From Candidatus Latescibacterota bacterium (lineage in GTDB: Bacteria > Latescibacterota > UBA2968), in assembly GCA_965208125.1 (NCBI GenBank), contig OZ242320.1, positions 2,016,001 to 2,080,000 of the forward strand: a stretch of 64,000 nt of DNA, given 5' to 3'. Under the pieces are notes generated by a model that was given only the letters and a program-made list of their open reading frames with translations, was not told the origin of the DNA and did not search any database. Shown one piece after another: positions 58,499 through 64,000 of the stretch (positions within the stretch are counted from its first letter, which is position 1; each line of letters opens with the position of its first letter). The translations under genes were made by a program, and so were the position numbers.

Positions 58499-60862
58499 CT
58501 ATTCATCTCGCAATGCATCCGCCGGGTTTGCGCGTGCGGCTTTGAGGGTCTGGGTGGTGACGGTTGTGAGTACGACGAGGAACATGGCTGCGCTGCCGAG
58601 TATAAAGGTGCCAATACCCAATTCGGTGCGGTAGGCGAAGGTTTGTAACCATTGGTTTGTTGCATAATAGGCGATGGGGAATGCGATGAGGCTTGATAGG
58701 GCGATGTAGAGGACAAATTCTCGTGAGAGCAGGGATAGGATTTGTGCCTGGGATGCGCCCAGGACTTTGCGAATGCCGATTTCTTTGGTGCGTCTGGTTG
58801 TGGCGAGTGCAGCCAGTCCGAATGCGCCGAGAGCTGCGATGAATATGGCGAATCCTGTGGCGTATTGGATCATGAGATTCCAGCGTTCTTCTTTTTTATA
58901 TTGTTTGTCCAGGTCTTCATCAATGAATGAGAAGTTGAATATCTGGTTGGGTGCGACTTCAGCCCATTGTTCTTTGATAAATGCAATAGTGCCGGGTACA
59001 TTTTCGGAGTGAATACGAACCAACAAGCGTCCGGTGTATGTGCTGAGTGGTAGAACAGCGGGTTCAATTTTGTGATGCAGGGAGCGAAAATGGAAATTTT
59101 GAGCAATGCCGATGATGGTTCTTTCTTTTGAGTCGCTGTATGTGATTGTTTTGCCAACGGGGTCTTCTATGCCGAATTTTTGGACGAGTGCCTCGTTGAC
59201 AAGGATTGATTCTTTGGCATCGGTTGGAAAGTCTCTGTTGTATTCTCGACCTGCAACGAGTGTCATGTCGAGCGTTTTGAACAGGTCGTAGTCAATACTA
59301 ATACCTTCAACGGGTTGCTCAGGCTCTCCACGATATGTTACATAGGTTGACACACGCATGTCGTTGTTTAGTGAATGGTTAAGCCATGTCGTGCTGATCA
59401 CTGAGGGATGAGACAGCAGTTCATCCCGAAAAACAGTTGGTAAGGTTTTGTTTTCTTTTCGCAGGTCATGGGTCTGAATGGCGATAACGTGTTCGGTTTG
59501 ATATCCCAGGGATTGGGTTCTCAAAAAGGTGAGTTGTTTGCTCATCATCAAGGTGGTGATGATTAAAAATATGGATAGGGCGAACTGAAAAACGATCAAT
59601 ACGTTGCCAAAACGATTGCCCGTTTTGATTTGCAATCTGCTCGCGATGATTTGGGTTGGTTGCAATCGGGATAGGATCAGGGCGGGATAGCCCCCTGCTG
59701 TGATGCCAACGAGGCTGACCAGCAGAATGAGAAAGGCGAGGGTTGTGGTGTTGAGGCCGTCGGTCAAGGATAGGGATTTCCCGGATAGGTCGTTGAATGT
59801 TGGCAATGCGAGTTCTGCGATGGCAATGCTGGCTGTGAGCGCGATAAGGATGAGTAAGAGGGATTCTCCGATAAATTGGTTTGCGATTTGTGAGCGTTTT
59901 GCGCCAACGACTTTTCGCAAGCCGATTTCTCGCGCTCGCATTGCCTGTCGTCCGAGGGTTAAGGTTGTGAAGTTGACGCAGGCGATAAACAGGACGAGGA
60001 TTGCAATGCCCGATAAGATGTATGAATAAACTGGATTGCTGCGATGGCTTACGTACATGGTCTGATCGAAGTGCATTTTGGTGAGTGGCTGAAGTTTGAT
60101 CTGGTTTTCGCGCTTTTCATCCCACCAGTTTTTGGTCCATTTGGGAAATTGTTGTTCGAGACTGTTTGGAGATATGTTCGGGGGGAGCATCATGAAAGTA
60201 AATATGCTGTAGTAACTCCATCTGTCTTCGACCTTGCTTTGTTCAAAGGGTAGTAGTACGTCAAATTGAATTGTGGAGTTTTTGGGCGCGTTTTTCACAA
60301 TGCCCGCGATGGTGTAATCCTGGATTTCATTTTTGTATTCAATGGGAAGTACTGCTCCGATGGGGTTGGCTTTGTCGAAATATTTTTGCGCGGTTTTTTC
60401 TGTTATGAGTGCGGAGTATTTGTCTTGAAAAGATGGATCGCCTTGAAGGATTGGAAAAGAAAAAATGTCGAGGAAGTTGGGATCGGTAAATCCCAACTGT
60501 GCCCGAAAAGCGCGATTTTCTGTGCCAATTTTCCCTGTGCGAGATGTGAAACGAACCGTTTGCATGTCGGGGAATGCTTCTGCTATTGCGGGTCCGAGGG
60601 GACCGGGTGTTACACCGTGAACGCGCTCGTTTTGTCCTTTTATATGTTTTATATAAACCCGATAGATGCGGTCTGCGTTTTTGTGAAAGGTGTCATAGGT
60701 CCATTCGTTTTGGACAAAGAGGTAGGTGAGGATGCAGAAGGCGAGACCGATGGCAATGCCGATGATGTTGATGGCGGAGTAGATGCGGTGCCTGGCGAGG
60801 TTGCGGATCGCCGTTTTCAGGTAGCTGCTGAATAAAGATATTTCAGCACTGGCTCTGAACAT
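58499..60862 (-). CDS. MacB-like double-FtsX ABC permease
   Basis: Start MFRASAE with an AGGAG RBS; CVNFTTL, KEIGIRKVLGA, NPADALRDE. Confidence 0.95.
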   Translation of the reverse strand: MFRASAEISLFSSYLKTAIRNLARHRIYSAINIIGIAIGLAFCILTYLFVQNEWTYDTFHKNADRIYRVYIKHIKGQNERVHGVTPGPLGPAIAEAFPDMQTVRFTSRTGKIGTENRAFRAQLGFTDPNFLDIFSFPILQGDPSFQDKYSALITEKTAQKYFDKANPIGAVLPIEYKNEIQDYTIAGIVKNAPKNSTIQFDVLLPFEQSKVEDRWSYYSIFTFMMLPPNISPNSLEQQFPKWTKNWWDEKRENQIKLQPLTKMHFDQTMYVSHRSNPVYSYILSGIAILVLFIACVNFTTLTLGRQAMRAREIGLRKVVGAKRSQIANQFIGESLLLILIALTASIAIAELALPTFNDLSGKSLSLTDGLNTTTLAFLILLVSLVGITAGGYPALILSRLQPTQIIASRLQIKTGNRFGNVLIVFQFALSIFLIITTLMMSKQLTFLRTQSLGYQTEHVIAIQTHDLRKENKTLPTVFRDELLSHPSVISTTWLNHSLNNDMRVSTYVTYRGEPEQPVEGISIDYDLFKTLDMTLVAGREYNRDFPTDAKESILVNEALVQKFGIEDPVGKTITYSDSKERTIIGIAQNFHFRSLHHKIEPAVLPLSTYTGRLLVRIHSENVPGTIAFIKEQWAEVAPNQIFNFSFIDEDLDKQYKKEERWNLMIQYATGFAIFIAALGAFGLAALATTRRTKEIGIRKVLGASQAQILSLLSREFVLYIALSSLIAFPIAYYATNQWLQTFAYRTELGIGTFILGSAAMFLVVLTTVTTQTLKAARANPADALRDE

Positions 60863-60967
60863 TTTACATCTCCTGTAAATACAGAATTGCAAAACTACTG
60901 GAAATTCACGATATTTAAAATCACGAGAATCAAAAAGAAATTCGCATTGCGTGTTGGAGACTTTTTT

Positions 60968-61330
60968 ATGAAAACCGAGCGTTGGACAATCCCAGGGATT
61001 ATCAAAGACGGTGTGGTTGTGCCCCAGAGCAATACTCCTTTGCCCAATGGTATCTATGTAGATATTCTCATTCGTCCGGTGGATATGACGCCTGAACTCA
61101 AGTCTGAATTAGACCAGTGGGACAAGGCGAGCGATGAGGCATGGACACTGATTGATCAAGGGGCAATCTCGCCCACACAACCCGTTCCAAAATTCGGCAG
61201 CGGAAAGGGGCTTGTTAAAATATCAGATGATTTTGACGAATCTTTTGAAGATTTCGATTGATCTCCTTCATATTATTCCTGCCCATCTCGAGTTCTCAAA
61301 ACTCTTTCCTTTCACCATCGCGATCCCTTG
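60968..61330 (+). pseudogene. collapsed vapBC relic: chimeric antitoxin ORF (60968-61261) followed by a frameshifted PIN fragment
   Basis: IIKDGVVVP...LPNG N-terminus plus a DUF2281-like PKFGSGKGLVKISDDFDE tail; then IDLLHIIPAHLE and, in another frame, FHHRDP. Confidence 0.65.
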
Positions 61331-61395
61331 TTCCGTCCAGTTATTTTACAGTCAGCCATTCATCTATCAGGTAGCGTGAACGTATGAAAATAATA

Positions 61396-61513
61396 AGCAA
61401 TTTTTGTGCCAAAAACTTCTTTTCTATGTTTTACAAGGGGTTATGAAAATTTGTTTCATGAGCATAGTTTAGTAAGTGTCCGATTTTGATACAGTAGTGT
61501 CCGAAAATGAACA
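61396..61513 (-). promoter_or_regulatory. sigma54 promoter plus enhancer cassette, copy 3
   Basis: Minus-strand TGGCACAAAAATTGCT (61396-61411); TGTCCGATTTTGATACAGTAGTGTCCGAAAATGAACA at 61477-61513. Confidence 0.85.
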
Positions 61514-61582
61514 CAGGCACATGAAAATAAAAACAATGTGCCTGTTGTATTAGCCGTAGAACCAATGGTATTTTTAGTATGC

Positions 61583-61972
61583 TCAGGTGAGGGGCAAATT
61601 GTCTGGCGTGAAAATCTGAAGGCCAGCTACTCTTGTATAGTGTCGGGTGTTGCGGGTGAGCAGTGGAAGGTCTTGGGAGAGGCAAATACCTGCAATCATT
61701 GTATCGGGCAGGCCAATCATTTGGCCTGATTGCTGAAGCTGACGACCAAGTGTCGATGCATGGTGCGCAGCGTTGGCGTCGAATGGTAGAATAGAAAAAT
61801 GCGAGAGTGCTTGAGAAAATCGCTGTTTTTGTTGTTCTGATCGGATTGCCCCGATCTGCAATTCAAAGAGCGAGATGGCTGTTATATAGCAGTGATATTG
61901 GCTTGCAACCTGGAGCAAGACTTCTGACTGGCGTCTTAAGAAGTCAATGATGATATCGGTATCAACTATCAT
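61583..61972 (-). CDS. vapC: PIN-domain toxin
   Basis: MIVDTDIIID, FELQIG, DTMIAG, LLTRNTRHY; ATGA overlap with the upstream gene. Confidence 0.9.
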   Translation of the reverse strand: MIVDTDIIIDFLRRQSEVLLQVASQYHCYITAISLFELQIGAIRSEQQKQRFSQALSHFSILPFDANAAHHASTLGRQLQQSGQMIGLPDTMIAGICLSQDLPLLTRNTRHYTRVAGLQIFTPDNLPLT

Positions 61973-62232
61973 GTGGGAAGTTGCCATTTTGACCACAGAT
62001 GATTTCTTTGAGTCTCCCAATCGTCCAGATCCGAGGGTTTGAAAGCTTTTCGGAGGTTTTCGAGAGATTCAGTGAGAAGCCTGGATTTTTCGAAGGATTG
62101 TACTTCAGGTTCAAAATCGGCTTTGGGTCTGATTTCAATACGATCTCCTGGGTGGAGTCCCAATTCTTGCTCTGCGGTTTGTTTAGAGATGACAAGATCA
62201 TCACCCAGGTATTCCAGTTCTACTTTTGGCAT
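61969..62232 (-). CDS. AbrB-like VapB antitoxin
   Basis: LVISKQTAEQELGLHPGDRIEI motif; translationally coupled to the PIN gene. Confidence 0.72.
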   Translation of the reverse strand: MPKVELEYLGDDLVISKQTAEQELGLHPGDRIEIRPKADFEPEVQSFEKSRLLTESLENLRKAFKPSDLDDWETQRNHLWSKWQLPT

Positions 62233-62363
62233 TGCTTTTTCTCCACTCAGAAAATGTGCAGTCATTGTGGTGAATATAGCCTTTTTTTTTAAAGCTGCAA
62301 GTTATGTTTGGTCTTAGACCATCGGTTTCCCATATCAGTTGATAAAGTCACACCTGACGTAGC

Positions 62364-64000
62364 TTATTCATATCGCAGGGCATCCACGGGATTGGTGCGG
62401 GCAACTTTCCACGCTTGATAACTCACTGTGGTCAATGCGATGAGCAACGCCAGAAGACCACTCAGAACAAACGCCCATATTTCCAGGTCAATGCGATAGG
62501 CGAAATCCTGTAGCCACCTGTTCATCGCGTAATAGGCAATTGGCCAGGCGATGAGGTTGGCAATGCCGACAAGCAGGGCGAACTCTTTTGACAACATGAG
62601 CACGAGGTTGGAAACGGATGCGCCCAATACTTTTCGGATGCCGATTTCTTTGATGCGTTGTTGTGCGGTGAAGGAGGCGAGGCCGAACAGTCCGAGGCTT
62701 GCGACAAAGATGGCGAGGATGGAGAAGAGTCCAAAGAGTGTGCCTATTTGTTCTTCTGTGCGATAGAGTTTGTCGTAGTCGTCGTCGAGAAAGAAATAGT
62801 CGAATGGCCTGTCCGATACGACCTCGTGCCACTGGGTTTTTAGAAAGTCCAGTGTGGCAGCAATATCGTCCGAGCGGATCCGGATGGAAAGATACTCTAT
62901 CCAACTTCCTCCCATCATGAGCACAAGCGGTTCAATTTCATGGTGCAGGGACTGATAGTGAAAGTCCTTCACAACGCCCACCACATCTCCCTGAATCTCC
63001 ACATTCAACTTATTCCCTTTTGGATAGACCCGTTCAAGTCTTCTATTGGCGAGGGAAGTCCATCCAAATTTTCGCACAGCAGCTTCATTGAGGATAAATG
63101 CGCCATTTCGATCACTTCTAATATCCTCTGAAAAGGCGCGGCCCTCTAAAACTCCAATACCATAAGTCTGAATAAACTCGTGATCTACATACATCACGTT
63201 TATCAGTAAAGCATCTTTGTGTGCGGGATCCAGGGAAGGGCGGAAAAGATGGGCGGCAAGCTCTCGGCCTGGTACGGTAGAAGACGCCGACACATTTAAT
63301 ACTGATGTATGCGCTGATACTGTGGGTTTATATCGCTCCGCCAATTGTCTATCAATCGGCATGACCACCACTTGTTCTTTATTGAAACCGAGTTTTTTGT
63401 TTCTGATGTAATCCGATTGATGGTAAACGACAACTGTCCCAATGATGAGAATGATCGAAATGACAAACTGAAATACGACGAGGGTTTTGCGGGAACTGGA
63501 GGTCTTCAATCCTCGCCGTAGCGTGCTTTTTAAGACCTCTACTGGCTGAAAAGCCGAGAGAAAAAAGGCGGGATAGATTCCCGAGAGCATCCCTGCAAAT
63601 AAGGCAACACTGATCAGGGCTAATACGACCTGCCAATTGCCCGCGTAATCCAATACCAATTCGCGCTGGATAAAGGCGTTGAACGTGGGGAGTGAGACTT
63701 CAGATAGAACAACGGCCAGAAATAGTGCCATCAAAGCCAGCAATATGGATTCGCCCATAAACTGACGGATTAGCTGTGATCGGTTTGCGCCAACGACTTT
63801 TCGCATGCCGATTTCTTTTGATCGCGTCGCAGAGCGAGCCGTGGAGAGGTTCATAAAGTTGATACAGGCGAGTATGAGTACGAAAAGAGCAATGCTCAGG
63901 AAGAGATAGACATACCGAATATCGCCGTTGGGACTTATTTCAGATTCCAGGTGGGAACGCAAATGAATATCGGTTAATGGCTGTAGAAAAGGCTTGAGTT
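62364..64000 (-). CDS. MacB-like double-FtsX ABC permease, 3' part; start lies beyond the right edge
   Basis: Frame is open to the window end (PFLQPLTDIHLRSH...); CINFMNLSTAR, NPVDALRYE. Confidence 0.94.
   Translation of the reverse strand, partial: LKPFLQPLTDIHLRSHLESEISPNGDIRYVYLFLSIALFVLILACINFMNLSTARSATRSKEIGMRKVVGANRSQLIRQFMGESILLALMALFLAVVLSEVSLPTFNAFIQRELVLDYAGNWQVVLALISVALFAGMLSGIYPAFFLSAFQPVEVLKSTLRRGLKTSSSRKTLVVFQFVISIILIIGTVVVYHQSDYIRNKKLGFNKEQVVVMPIDRQLAERYKPTVSAHTSVLNVSASSTVPGRELAAHLFRPSLDPAHKDALLINVMYVDHEFIQTYGIGVLEGRAFSEDIRSDRNGAFILNEAAVRKFGWTSLANRRLERVYPKGNKLNVEIQGDVVGVVKDFHYQSLHHEIEPLVLMMGGSWIEYLSIRIRSDDIAATLDFLKTQWHEVVSDRPFDYFFLDDDYDKLYRTEEQIGTLFGLFSILAIFVASLGLFGLASFTAQQRIKEIGIRKVLGASVSNLVLMLSKEFALLVGIANLIAWPIAYYAMNRWLQDFAYRIDLEIWAFVLSGLLALLIALTTVSYQAWKVARTNPVDALRYE

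Noticed and set aside
47983-62232. Integron or prophage
   Set aside because: No integrase, attC-like repeats or phage structural genes; genes lie in mixed orientation.

Overview
Bacterial chromosomal window with two halves. The left half (about 1.2-25.6 kb) is mostly minus-strand catabolic genes: three Cys-type sulfatases, GH117- and GH2-type glycoside hydrolases, a PL11-like propeller, two PhyH-type dioxygenases, a Gfo/Idh/MocA oxidoreductase, a flavin monooxygenase and two TPP enzymes. It also holds an AAA-ATPase/DUF4276 pair, a toxin-antitoxin (TA) module and a PcfJ-domain protein. The right half (25.6-64 kb, plus one more copy at the left edge) is an expanded array of MacB-like (type VII ABC) double-FtsX permeases: eight complete, two cut by the window edges and one internally deleted mini-copy. 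Only two ABC ATPases and one membrane-fusion protein are present. A sigma54 promoter/enhancer cassette occurs three times in the array, and the permeases are interleaved with a TPR-GWxTD protein, TA modules and TA chimeras, hydrolases and a LytS/LytTR system. The most striking sequence-level patterns are the triplicated sigma54 cassette, loop-restricted divergence between permease paralogs, and several stranded 3' gene ends that differ from the intact gene mainly at synonymous sites, suggesting repeated gene-end replacement or duplication-deletion. No rRNA, tRNA, CRISPR, integrase, transposase or reverse transcriptase is visible. The gene content resembles marine or sponge-associated Latescibacterota/Poribacteria-like genomes, but that is inference only. 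All family assignments come from motif recognition, not database searches.
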